Assembly: GCA_012862495.1 (NCBI GenBank)
Contig: BLSG01000130.1
Span: forward strand, 1 to 56,213
Direction: 5' to 3'
Source of the DNA: Thraustochytrium aureum
Lineage: Eukaryota
Length of the DNA: 56,213 nt
Part shown: in pieces, positions 11,061 through 23,000 of the stretch
Position numbering within the stretch: the stretch's first letter is position 1
How the letters are laid out: each line of letters opens with the position of its first letter
Notes under the pieces: model-generated
Databases searched by the model: none
Told to the model about the DNA's origin: nothing
The model's input: the letters and a program-made list of their open reading frames with translations, nothing else
Made by a program: the position numbers and the translations under genes

Positions 11061-12383
11061 ATGACCGATGAACTTCGCACGCCGTGCATGGGCCGCAAGG
11101 TCTACACCATCGAGGAGTTCCCCGAGACGGCCATGGACAAGATCGTGTCCTTGTTCAAGCTCGCCGTGCTCGCCTTCCCCTGGGTCGGTATCCAGTCGAT
11201 CTGGCAGGCGGAATTCTCGGCCACCACGCCCTACCTGCAGGGCCTGGGCCTGGGCGAGTTCTGGTCCTCCAACATCTGGATCAGCGGCCCGCTGATGGGC
11301 TTCTTCGTGGCTCCAATCGTCGGCTCGCTCTCGGACTCGACCACCAGCGTGCTCGGCCGCCGCCGCCCCTGGATGCTGGGCGGCCTGGTCTTCCTCGGCA
11401 TCGTCAGCATGCTGCTCGCCAGCTCCAACAACATCTTTGACGACAAGTCGAAGGCGCTCTACATCGCGGCGCCCATGTTTATCGTGATGGACGGCGCCAT
11501 CAACGTGATCCAGACGCCGACGCGTGCCTTCCTGGCCGACTTGGCCCCCGACTCGATGCAGGTCCCGGGCCAGCTCTTTGCGAGCATGTTCCAGGGCGTG
11601 GGCGCGCTTGTCGGCTTTGCCCTCCACAAGGCCCTGTACACGTCCTCGGACGACGTTTTCTGGCTGTTCACCACGGTCTTCTTCGTCAACCTTGCGGTCT
11701 TCCTCCCGGTCAGCGCCTATGTGACGGAGCAGCCGATCCAAAAGCCCGAGGTCCGCGAGAGCCCCTGCAAGCCGCTCTGGCACGTGTTCTACGACATCCG
11801 CTACATGGACAAGCGCCTGCTCAAGGTGGGCCTCGTGCAGGCCTTCTCGTGGATCGCGCTCTTCTCGTACTGGCCTGTGGCGGGGACCTGGATGGCCATC
11901 GACGTTGCCAAGGGCTGCGCCGTGGTCGGCGAGAACGGCTGCACAGTCGCTGGCAACGACGCCTACGAGGAGGGCCTCCAGCTGTACGCCTCTATGGGGA
12001 TCTACAACTCGCTCATGCAGATCGTCATCTCCTTCGTGCTCAGCTACTCGTTCTTCTACGGCTACATCAAGAACGTGCGCTACATCTACGCCCTCGGCCT
12101 CCTCGTTGGTGGCGTCATCTGCATTCTGGCCAAGATCGGCCCGGACACCGTCAACATGGGCAAGTCCATCGCCGTGCTCTTCGCCATTCCCGTCAGCGTC
12201 ATCACCTCGTACCCGTTCGCCATCGTCGGCCGCTACAACCACAGCGAGGGCGGGCTCGACACGGGCACCCAGTTTGGCATCCTCAACCTCTTCATCGTCA
12301 TCCCGCAGCTCCTCACCACTGTCATCGTCTCCTCCATGCGCGCTGGGATGGGCGACGTTGTGGGCCTGCCCAACATCATGCTC
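11061..12383 (+). CDS. MFS/GPH sucrose/maltose:H+ symporter-like (SUT/SUC, SLC45 family); 3' end in gap
   Basis: GIQSIW..TPYLQGLG..IWISGPLMGFFVAPIVGSLSD....LGRRRPW, QTPTRAFLADL and GILNLFIVIPQL are SUT/SLC45 signatures, with multiple hydrophobic segments. Confidence 0.9.
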
Positions 12384-13030
12384 NNNNNNNNNNNNNNNNN
12401 NNNNNNNNNNNNNNNNNNNNNNNNNNNNNNNNNNNNNNNNNNNNNNNNNNNNNNNNNNNNNNNNNNNNNNNNNNNNNNNNNNNNNNNNNNNNNNNNNNNN
12501 NNNNNNNNNNNNNNNNNNNNNNNNNNNNNNNNNNNNNNNNNNNNNNNNNNNNNNNNNNNNNNNNNNNNNNNNNNNNNNNNNNNNNNNNNNNNNNNNNNNN
12601 NNNNNNNNNNNNNNNNNNNNNNNNNNNNNNNNNNNNNNNNNNNNNNNNNNNNNNNNNNNNNNNNNNNNNNNNNNNNNNNNNNNNNNNNNNNNNNNNNNNN
12701 NNNNNNNNNNNNNNNNNNNNNNNNNNNNNNNNNNNNNNNNNNNNNNNNNNNNNNNNNNNNNNNNNNNNNNNNNNNNNNNNNNNNNNNNNNNNNNNNNNNN
12801 NNNNNNNNNNNNNNNNNNNNNNNNNNNNNNNNNNNNNNNNNNNNNNNNNNNNNNNNNNNNNNNNNNNNNNNNNNNNNNNNNNNNNNNNNNNNNNNNNNNN
12901 NNNNNNNNNNNNNNNNNNNNNNNNNNNNNNNNNNNNNNNNNNNNNNNNNNNNNNNNNNNNNNNNNNNNNNNNNNNNNNNNNNNNNNNNNNNNNNNNNNNN
13001 NNNNNNNNNNNNNNNNNNNNNNNNNNNNNN

Positions 13031-16000
13031 CGGGAGGGCGGGGCTGAACAGAAGGAAGAGAGCTCTCCGGCACCGGCGCTCACAGCCTCGACGAGGTCCT
13101 CCAAGTCAAGCACCTCGCAGCCTGGCGTACTGAAACAGCGGTCGCTCTCTTCGAGGGCCCGACCGCAGAATCCCAAACCGCGGCCCTCACCTGAGGCGGG
13201 GAGGCCGCAAATGCGCGGGACCAAGCAGTCCAGCCTGAATGACATGCTCCGCTCCGGGAGTTGGCGCGCAAACTCCAGCAAGAACGGGTTCGATCGCCAA
13301 GTAGGGACAGGGCCTCGCCCTAGCCTTGTCAACTCGAGAGGGCAGAGTAGCGGCTTCATCGACGCGGACGGGTCGTTCCTCGCTGTAGTCGCACCTGGGT
13401 CCCCGACGAACAGGCACCTGCCTCGACGCCGCCATTCGAGCTCGGCAGCGCACGACCTGGACAAGGATCTCGCCTCGCTCTCGAGCCGCTTTCCGACCGG
13501 CGACGATGCACCCTACCGCGAGGCCGACAACTTGGACGCATCGAGCGAGAGGACTCAAGGTCGCTCCACCTTTTATTGGCTCACGCGGGGCGTCCTCCTG
13601 AATGGTGCGCTCCTGCTCCTGTGCGGCTGCATCGCGAGCGTCGTGTTTGCAGTGCTCGAGGTGGGGCGCATCAACGAAGAGCAGTCAGAGCACTTCAAGG
13701 CCGACTTTGCTCAAGTCTCGCGCAGCCTCAACGAGACGCTCGAGGGGTACGTGGCCGCCGCGCGCATAATGTCCACCTACCTGGACTCTACCACCGAGCC
13801 TGACCGGGCCGTTTTCAAGAGTTTTGCCGACACGCTGCTCGCCCGCCTGCCGGCCCGCGCCTTCGAGTTTGCCCCACGCGTGTCCAACGACACGCAACGC
13901 ACCATAATGGAGCGCGAGGCAACGGACTATTGGAACGCGCGACTTGGCACCGCGAAAGCGCTCTACCCGTTCACACAGCGGGATCCGACGTCCGGGGAGC
14001 TTGTCGTCCGCGACCGAGGCGCAGCCTTTTACTACCCAGCCTTCTTCGTTGAGCCCCCAGAATCAAACCTCGAGGCAATCAACTTTGACCTCGCCTCCTC
14101 AGCAGACCGCCTCGCGGGCATTACGCGTGCTATCGCCTCTTCGAGGCCTGCTGCCACCACTCGCATTCGCCTGGTGCAAGGGACGCCCACTGGAGGCTTT
14201 GGTGTACTTTTGTTCGGGCCAAGTGCAACCGCAGCCAACGCCAACCTTGCTGTGGTCGTAGCCAGCGTTTCTGCCATCCTGGCGTCGCTCGGGTTTATCG
14301 AACCGGGGCTACGTATCGTCCTCTTCGACGCCACAGGCAAGGTCGCGGGCGAGGAGGACTTCCTGGGCGGGGTGCATCAATTAGAGGACGGCGAGACCAT
14401 TCAATTGAGCGAGAAAGATGTAGGTACCTTTCAGTCGGCGCTCGCGGCCACAAACGTGCTCTTCTCTGAGACGAGCAATATTGACTTTGGCCAGCGCCAG
14501 TGGATCCTGCTCGTGCAAGCAATGGATGGCTTTCGCCCAACAGAGACTGGTCTCGTCATTCTTGGGAGCACGCTTCTCGCCATAGTGTTTCTTCTCCTCA
14601 CTGTCTGGTACTTTTGCACGATGCAGCGCAAGACAATTCACACCGACGAGCTCAAGCTTGCCGAGTTGAGCGACGCCTACTTTCGCGCGGAGTCGCGCGC
14701 CGACGCGGAGAAAGGGCTAAACGAGTTCATTGCGCACGAAGTTCGTAAGTTTGGGGTCTCGATCGCCGCTGAAACGAGGAGGCTTCGGCCTGATTGCAGC
14801 ACACTTGCAGCGCAAAGGGCAAACTAACAGAGCGATGTGGACTTGCGGCGCAGGTAACCCACTCTCTGTGGCGATCTCGGCCCTTACCTTTGTCTCGACC
14901 GCAATATCGCCGCGATTGTTTCCGGACAAGGAGACCGCCACAACCGTCAGCGACGATATCGGTCTTGTCGACCAGAGCCTGCGCTACATTGACGACTTGC
15001 TGCGCAACATGCTCGACCTTAACCGTTTCAGTAGCGGTGGCCTCGAGCTCCGGCCGACGTTGAGCTGCGTCTGCCTGGACGTTCTGACCCCGGTGAAACA
15101 CATGCTCTACAGACGCGTCACGAACGTGGAGGTTTGTGTGGACTGCCCAAAGGAAATGTGGGTAGTCGTCGACAAACTGCGCCTCACGCAGGTCTGCATG
15201 AACTTGTGCAAGAACGCGATCAAGTTTGTCTCAACTGGGTTTGTGCGTCTCCGTGCCGAGCGTGATTCCGCCGACCCCGACTGTGTCGTCATCTCCGTGG
15301 AAGACTCGGGGACCTGGTGTGCCGAAAGAAAAGAAGGACGAGCTATTCAACAAGTACCAAGAGGCCCTCGACATCCTTCAGCAGGGAACTGGGATCGGGC
15401 TTTGCTTGTGCCAAGTTCTGGTTGAGAAAAATGAACGGAACCATCCGGCTCGACCCCGACTACAATTCGGGGATCCCTGGCTGGCCGGGGGCGCGGTTCG
15501 AGATCCGCCTCCCGCTGCCCGCGTCGCAGCCGCCAAGCGAATTGCCCGGCGGCACAATTGGTTCCATCGGCAGCGCTGCGGCCCAAGGCGGCGACCCGCC
15601 GAAGGAGGAACTTGCGGCGCCACAGCTCTTTCGCAAAACGTGCGCGTCTTGCATGTTGATGACGACATGATGGTCCGCCTCGTCACGAAGCGGGCGCTCC
15701 AGCGCGTAGCTCCGGATTGGCAAGTTGACGCGGCCGCGAGCGGCGAGGCATGTCTCGACTTGTGCCAGGCCGCGACGTACGACCTCATTCTCATGGACCA
15801 CTACATGCCAGCGTCCACCCCGACGCTCACCGGCGAGGAGACTATCCGCAAGCTGCGCGCCCAAGGATGCTCCTCCGTAATTGTCGGAATGTCCGCCAAC
15901 GACATGGAGGCGCAGCACCTGGCCGCCGGGGCAAACGCCTTCCTCTCCAAGCCGCTCCCCGCGAAGAAGTCGACCCTCATCGAGATCATGAACACTCTGC

Positions 16001-16443
16001 TGCCCCTCCCCCCGGGCCTGCGCATGCTCATTGTGGACGACGAGCCCATCAACCGTTCGCTGCTGCGTCGCTTGCTAAATCGCTTCTGCCACCCAAACAC
16101 AGACTTTATCGAGGCCAGCGTCGGTGAGCGCGCACGTGATATACTCAGGCTCGACCCCGACATTCAAGTGGTCTTTCTTGACGAGAACCTCGGCGCCGGG
16201 ATGACCGGCTCGCAGCTCGCGTTGTGGGTGCGCTCCCAGCCGCTGCTCTCCGCGAGCGTCCTGGTAAATGTGTCGGGCGACTGCACCGAGGCGAGCCCTG
16301 AACAGTACGGTATCACCTTGCAGTGGTCCAAGCCGTTTCCACCAGAGGCCGTCATGAAGACCACGCTCATCAGGGCACTCCTGGCGCGTGACGAGCTCCT
16401 GAGTCGCCGAGCTTCAGCGACCTCAAACAACAGCAAGCCGTAG
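13031..16443 (+). CDS. Hybrid histidine kinase TM-CHASE-TM-HisKA-HATPase-REC-REC (start uncertain; one intron; three apparent indels)
   Basis: CHASE-like FEFAPRV..YYPAFFVEPPESNLEAINFDLAS..R..I.RA..ATTRIRLVQ between two TM segments. Splicing restores H-box IAHEVR/NPL. N-box RLTQVCMNLCKNAIKF, G1 VEDSG, G2 GTGIGL. REC1 HVDDD..LMDHYMP..SKP; REC2 IVDDE..FLDENL..SKP. Frame changes near 15310, 15430 and 15630. Confidence 0.88.
14745..14853 (+). other. Spliceosomal intron (109 nt) splitting the kinase H-box
   Basis: GTAAGT donor at 14745, ACTAAC branch-like site at 14823, CAG acceptor ending 14853. Splicing joins C+GT to give EVRNPL. Confidence 0.9.
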
Positions 16444-17004
16444 ATGCGCCAAGGCCTGCGCCGTGGCGCGCTGCCAGCTCCTTGAGGCAGTCAGAGGTCC
16501 GCGCGGCTTGTTTTTCTCGTTCGCTTTGCGAGGTCTGCCCAACTTTGCGGACAGACGCTCAGCCGACCGACCTACCGGGCAGGCGGTCAGCGCTTGGCGC
16601 GCTTGGAAGGGACTGCTGGCGAAAATTGGCGTCCCCTGCCAAAGCTCGTCCCGCATAAAGAGTTTGCCTTGGAGTGGGGCATGCATACGCACTCGCTCTC
16701 TTGCAGCTGGCCCAGGATCATGGAAAGAATGCAAGCCCGAGCGCCCCGGGGCGGCTCTCGCTCGAGCAACCTGGCGACTGGTGCCCCAAGCGTTTCGAGT
16801 CCTGCCACGCTTCACCGGCAGCACCGATAGCGGCCTCGCGTCAAGGCGCGGCTGGTGATGGCGCCCCGAGGTGGCTTTCTCCAAGTGCTGCGCAGGTGAC
16901 GCTCTACCGAGACGAATGACAGCTATGCGCACGTATGTAGGTCGATTTATTTCATTTGTTTTGTTGGGGTTTCTGAAGGTATTGTTGGTGCGCTGGCGCG
17001 CAAC

Positions 17005-20000
17005 TCACTGGTCCGTCTGGAAAACAAGGGCGACGCCTGCGAGAATCCATCGCAACTTGGGGTCGCGGGTCCGCAGCGTCGCGGTGAACACGAAATCGGG
17101 TCCGCGACGAGTCGTAAAGTAGACGGGGGCCTCGAACACCTTGTCGTCATGGCGCAGAAACCCGACGGATGTCGACTCCCACTCTGGGCGCACCTCCACC
17201 GCCTTAATCAAAAGAACAGGCATAGGCGCCAGCAGCTGCTTGAGCTTGGCAGGCACGATAAAGCCGGCACAATTGACACCGCCCACAGAGTACGACTCGC
17301 CAGCGTCTTCCTCGTCGTCCACAGAGTACCGCGCCCCTTCCATGAAAAGGCCATACACAAAAGCCCCTTCCGCGGGGCGCTGGGTGATCTCGCTCGCACT
17401 GCTGAGCTTGGTAACGTGCGTTTCGATCGTGCATCGGTCGAGCGCGACGCCTGAGCGCCGAGACGAGACCTGCATCACGGCCGTCAGGAACGCAGAAGGG
17501 TTGAACAGGCCGGGAAGCCACACTGCGGTGGGGGTCTCGAGGTCGGCAGACCACTTGCGCAGCTGCTCGACCCTTTCCAAGAGGTCTGCAAACCACGACG
17601 CAAGGCACTTTTGCGAGGCCCAGGCGTGCTTGGCCCACACTGCGGGGACCTTGTCTACCGCAAGCGCGACCGACAGCTCCTCCATGGCGTCGGTCATGTT
17701 CAAGGCCCCTTCGAGGCCCTTTTGCAAGTCGACAAGACTCTCGCGGATAACTGCGAGCAGAGCGTTCATGCGAGCACACTCCTGCGCGCACACGACGACA
17801 TAGGGGGCTTGGTCCGAGTCGTGCATGGTCGCGGCGCGGCCGTTGATCCCCACCATGTCGAACGAGGCGGGGAGCTTGCCGGCAAATTCGCGAAGCGTCT
17901 GGTGCACCGACGGCCGGCCAGACGTCGCGGCGCTGCCGCCCTCTGAAGCCGAGGCGGCCCCACCCTGGGCGCTGCCGAGGTTCAGGATGCTGTCGAACAG
18001 GTACGCCTGCGTCGTGGTCAGGTAGCGGAGGTCCGCGTTCTGCGACAGCCCAAACAAGACGGGCGACTCGCCCGGCAGCTGCTTTTCAATGTATCCCTCC
18101 ACCTGCTTGAAACTCGTGCCCGTAGCCGGGGGCTTGAAGCCCGGCGCGAGCTCCGCCGACCCGTCCATGATCCCTGGCACGAGAAACTTGCTCAGGTACC
18201 CGTTGCAGACGCGGCGGTCCCAAGTGTCGGTGATGAGCCCACCGTAGATGATCTCCCCAAGAATGAAGCGCAGGTCTTCGTAAGGCACCGCGCTGTTGTC
18301 CGAGATGTAGCTCTTCAGGATGCTCGCCGAGACCTCGAGGTCGCCGGAGCTGAAGCTGTACGGCCGGCTCCAGCCCTGCGTGCCAAAGCGGCGGCGGCAG
18401 ACGACAACCGAGTGGAAGAAGCTCAGCGCAAACAAGCTCTGCTGGTATTCGTTCGGCTTGGTGCACGACGCAACCTGGTCCTCAGAGAAGCTCGCCCACG
18501 CCCCGCGCAAGTTGGAGCGCAAGTCTGCGGGCGGCTCATTGCAAACTTTGATGCAGGACTGCAAGAGCGACTCGGGGATGTTGGTCCAGGTGGACACTGC
18601 GGGCGGCTCTGCGCTGAGAAAGCAGCGAAAGTCCGCGTGCGAGCTCTGCGACAGCTGCTCCAGGAGCCGCTCGAGCCGCGGCAGCCAAGAGGGCATCAGG
18701 TGGATGTTCTCCAGCATCACCCAACCTCCCGATGCGGCGTTCTCGCGCAGCTTGTCCTCGGCGACCTGCTCCTGACCCTGGCCCATACTGATCGAGCTAA
18801 AGTGCTGGATGCTAAACTTCTGGCGGAGCACGTCGACCCACTTGGAGGCGTCCACGCCTGGCGAAAGCATGAACAGAATTGGCGTCGATCCCGAGCTCTC
18901 CATATAGGTGTCCTCAATGTTAAAGCTGGGGCGCTCCACGAAAAAGCTCCCCATGTTGTCCTCCACGAACGACGCCACGCGGTCGTTCATCCGATCCGGA
19001 CGCATCGCGCGGTATATCATGAGCTTCTGGAACTCTGACAAGTTGCTGTATTCGCCGGGCAACTTTGCGTCCTCCGGCTTCTCCAGGTCGTACCACTGGG
19101 CCCAGTCGTCAGAGTCGACCATGATGTCGTCCCCAATGGTCTCGAGGCCCTCGACATGCTCCAGGCCTTTGAGTCGCGCCCAGACGTGCGGAGGCATCCA
19201 ATCGACCAGCGGTCCCATGCTCCCTGGGTCCAACGCAGGCCGCCCCGCGACGAGGGCGTCGACCTGAGCCGGCGGCACGACGCCCTCATGCATAAGCACC
19301 TTGAAGCAGAGCTGAGCAGCAAACAAGAGCTTGTCGCGGTCCAGCAGGCCGCGTAGCACAAAGCGATACACCGTTTCGCTGATCGACTTTTGGAGCGTCG
19401 AGCAGCGCTGCTCGAGCTCCTCGTCCGACAGCTCGCGGGACGCGTTGGCCACGCTGTCCTTCGACTTCTTCGCAAGTTCGTTCATGTCCAAGTTGGATCC
19501 ATCCTCGTCGTTGCGCATCCCGGCCATCAGCAAGTCCTCGTTCCAGTTGAACCGCACAGTGACGATCACTTTGCGGGCCGCGGCGCGGAGGCGTTCCATC
19601 ATACTCAGCTTGGAGCTCTCAGCGCCGTCCTTCTTGTCCGTCACGAGGTCGATGCCCCGCAAGAAGATGACCACGAACGCGTTGAGCGAGTAAATGTAGT
19701 AGCTGTGCAGCTTGTACATGTTGTTCATGAGAAAGAACAGCAGCGCTCCGCGCGCTGCGACCGAGCGATACTTTTCCGAGATAACCTGGATGACGCGCTG
19801 CGTCTCGATGGCCGTCTCTGACTTTTGCGCAATCTCATTCGCAGTGCGCTTGGTTACCTCGAGGCCCTCGATGAGGTCCACGTCCGAGCAAATGTCCCCT
19901 TCGGCGTTTGCCAGAGAGGCCAGGATGTTGTCCTCTAGCTCCTTGATGCGAACCGTAAAGCGGTTCTGTTGCTGGATCACCTTGGCGCGCTGCTCGGCGA

Positions 20001-23000
20001 GGTCGGGCCGCTCCTTGCGCACAACGAGCGACAGCAGCTGCTCCTCCAGCCCTTGCTGGGTCACCGTAAAGTTGACTAGGGTGCACTCCGCCTGGACCTC
20101 GGGCGGGAAGTGCGGGTTGCTTAGCTTGGTGTGCAGGTACAAGCGGAATTCCGGGTTGAAGATGACTTCCTGGTCTCCCAGCTTGATCACCTTCTTTGTC
20201 CCGCGAGAAATCGTGGCGCGCCGCACGACAGGCATGATGGCTGCATCGATGCGCTCCGATGCGATATTCTCGATGAAGAAGGCCTCGCCATTCTCGATCG
20301 CGGACATCAGCTTGGAAATCAGATCTTTGCTCTCCATCCGCATCACCGTGAAGACCTTTGTACCGTCTTGGACAGCCGGCTTGTTGCGCTCCATTGACTG
20401 GATCCACGCTGTGCCTTGAAGCTGCGGGTCAATGATGAGGGGCCAGCGCGCGCTGTACTGCGTGATCGCACCGTTGTCTGTGCTGACCGAGTCGTGCGGG
20501 AGGCCGTCGCACTGCCACCCGGCCACGACCGCCGGAGAGGCCAGCAGCGAAACCGGGTGTAGATTCTCGCTCATCGGGATCGACTCGCCAGCCGCGGCCT
20601 TGCGTAGAAATGGAACCCACTCTTCGTAGAGGAGGCGGTCGCGGTACTCCTTGGAAAAGGGCCCGATGTACGAGATGAAGGCGCTCGCAAGCAGGACGTC
20701 GCCAGTGAGGGAGGTGTACTTGGCCTCGTACTCGTCAATGTTGGTCGCCCAACGCACGTTCTCGGAGGCCAGCGCCGTCGTTAGCCGCTGGGCCAAGTCC
20801 AGCTTGCGCTGACCAGACTCGACCTCGTCGATGGCGGACTGCTTGACCTCGTTTGCCTCGTGGAGCTCGGCTTTGAGCCTATTCAGCTTCGTCTCCAGCT
20901 CGTGAACCTTGGCGTTCACTTTGTCGAGGATCTCCGTGGCGCTCTGCAGCTTTTGCTCGGCCTCCGCCAAAGCCTGCCGCTTGGGCTCTACCCCGACGAT
21001 CGTGTCGTGGTAGTGGACAATGTTGATCACCCACGAGGCGACGCCGCCGGCCGCCTTGTTCTTCTTCTCCACAGTCTCTGCGTCAAAGTGCTCGAGCTGC
21101 AGCAGGGGCCGCACGTTGACCCAGTTTTGCTTGGGCACACGGAACGCGTCGACCTCCTCCTTGAAGTCCTTAAGCCGGTTCAGGAACTCGTTGATGTTGC
21201 TCATCATCTCCTTCCGAGCTCCGTCCCAGGACAGGTTCTTGGGCTTGCCCGTTTTAGTGAGCTGGATCTTTGGCTCGACGCCGGCCAGGAGGATCATCAC
21301 CGCGTTGAAGACGTCGTCCACGCCCTTGGGGGGCGTGCTCATCGATTTGCACTCGCCCAGGTCCTTCTTGTTGAGCGTGTCGAGCGCGTCGAGGGCCTTC
21401 TTCACGAGGGGCTCTGCGGCGTCCAGGTCGCGTTGCGCGTCGTCCTTGATCGTCTCCACTTCCTTGGCGATCTTGTCACACTTTGCACGCTCAACGTTGG
21501 CCGCCTCGGTCTCGCGAGCGACAATCTCCGACTCGCGCTCCACCTCCTCCGCCTGGGCTTCGGCCTGGGCCTTTTTCTCCTCCGCCGCCTCAAGCTTGCC
21601 TTTCAGGTCGCCCTCGAGCTGAGTGACCACCTCGGCGGTCTCGCGGAGCTTGGTGAGCCCATTCTCGAGGCGGCGCTTCCCAGCCCGGTTCTCGTCGCGC
21701 TTGCTCGATAGTAGGCTCGTGTAGAGCTCCAAAAGCTCGAGGTACGACTTTGGGGTTGTGTGCACGTGGCGCTTCTCCGCCGCGAGGAAGGCGCGTGCCA
21801 TGCGGGTCACGGAGGTGTACGAGAACGGCATGAACGCCTCGATCCCTGCGCGCACTTCGGGGCTGTCCAGCTCGGTATTGGCCAGGAAGGTGCGTCCCAC
21901 GCTGAGCAAGGCGTCCTGGGGCCACGGCTGGAACCAGTCGATCACGGTGCAGTTGACCAGTGCAGGGAACTTGCGCGCGCGGCTCCTAAAGTCGTCCCCG
22001 ACCGGGCTAAAGCACAACACGCAGTGCAGGTTGTTGCGGATCGTCTCAATAAAGTAGTCGAAGCAGCTCGCCGGGTCCGTGGCACGACCCGCAAGCTTGG
22101 CCTTGTTGAACACCGCCTGGCAGATCCCGTCAATCTCTTCGCCAGAGTACAGGTCGGGGATCTTGCCCGAGGCGAGCAGATCGTTGAGGTACACGAGAAA
22201 ACGCTCGTCGGAAATCTGTGCATCCGTGAACAAAAACATGATCTTGTCCCCCTTGAGCCCCGCCTTGGCGTACATGCCCTTGAGGTCCTCCTTCAAGTCG
22301 CCAATCGCGTAGGTCGGGGTGATGACGATCTGCGCTGTCTCGTATCCGCACATGTGCGCGGCCAGCCGCGAGAGCGACTGCTTGCCGGAGCCGCCAACAC
22401 CGACGAGCATGGCATGCCCGCCCGGGTTGAGGATGATGCGCGAGATTCGGCACACGTGCTTGATCGCGTCGTCGAAGAGAACCAAGTTCATCGTCGCGTT
22501 GTACTCGTTGTACTCTTGCAGAGCCGCAGTGAGCGTCTGCCGCAGCCCGGGCAACGAGGTGACCTGGTCGTAAACGCGGTCTTGCGCGTTCTGGCCAGGG
22601 GCAAAGTGGCAAAACACGAGCGGATCGGCGTTCTCCGCAGCAAAAAACTTGGCGACGTTGTGGTTCGGGAAGCGGCGCTTTGCCTGCGCCGCTGCAATGT
22701 CCTTGTACCGCCTGAGGTCTTCTGCGCTGACAAGGCGGTCCCCATAGACGCGCTCTGACTCGTGGAGCCAGAGCATCACGAACTTGCCCGGGTCGCTGAA
22801 CTCGACAGGCTGGGCTACAAGAAGGCCTTGGAACACGTTGCTGAGGTGGCGGATGTTGAACTCGTAGTGAAAGTTGACGGCCGTCTTGCGAAACTTGTTG
22901 ACCACCTCGGTGTGCACCCCGAGCGCCGCGTTGATGAGGTTGCTGCTCAGCGCCTTGATACCGTCGTCAAAGTTCTTCAAGTGCCCGTCCAGGAAGGTTT

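Noticed and set aside
11849..14827. Transporter-histidine kinase fusion
   Set aside because: Joined only through N's in a shadow frame. The transporter is near its natural C-terminus at the gap, so a fusion is unsupported.
15300..15640. Programmed frameshifting or pseudogenisation in the kinase (also TOR at about 43600, 41900, 38900, 38660 and 33000, and Grx at 4860)
   Set aside because: Single-base indels, often in short homopolymers, also hit TOR and dynein while motifs stay intact. Sequencing error is the simplest explanation, though reads are needed to confirm.
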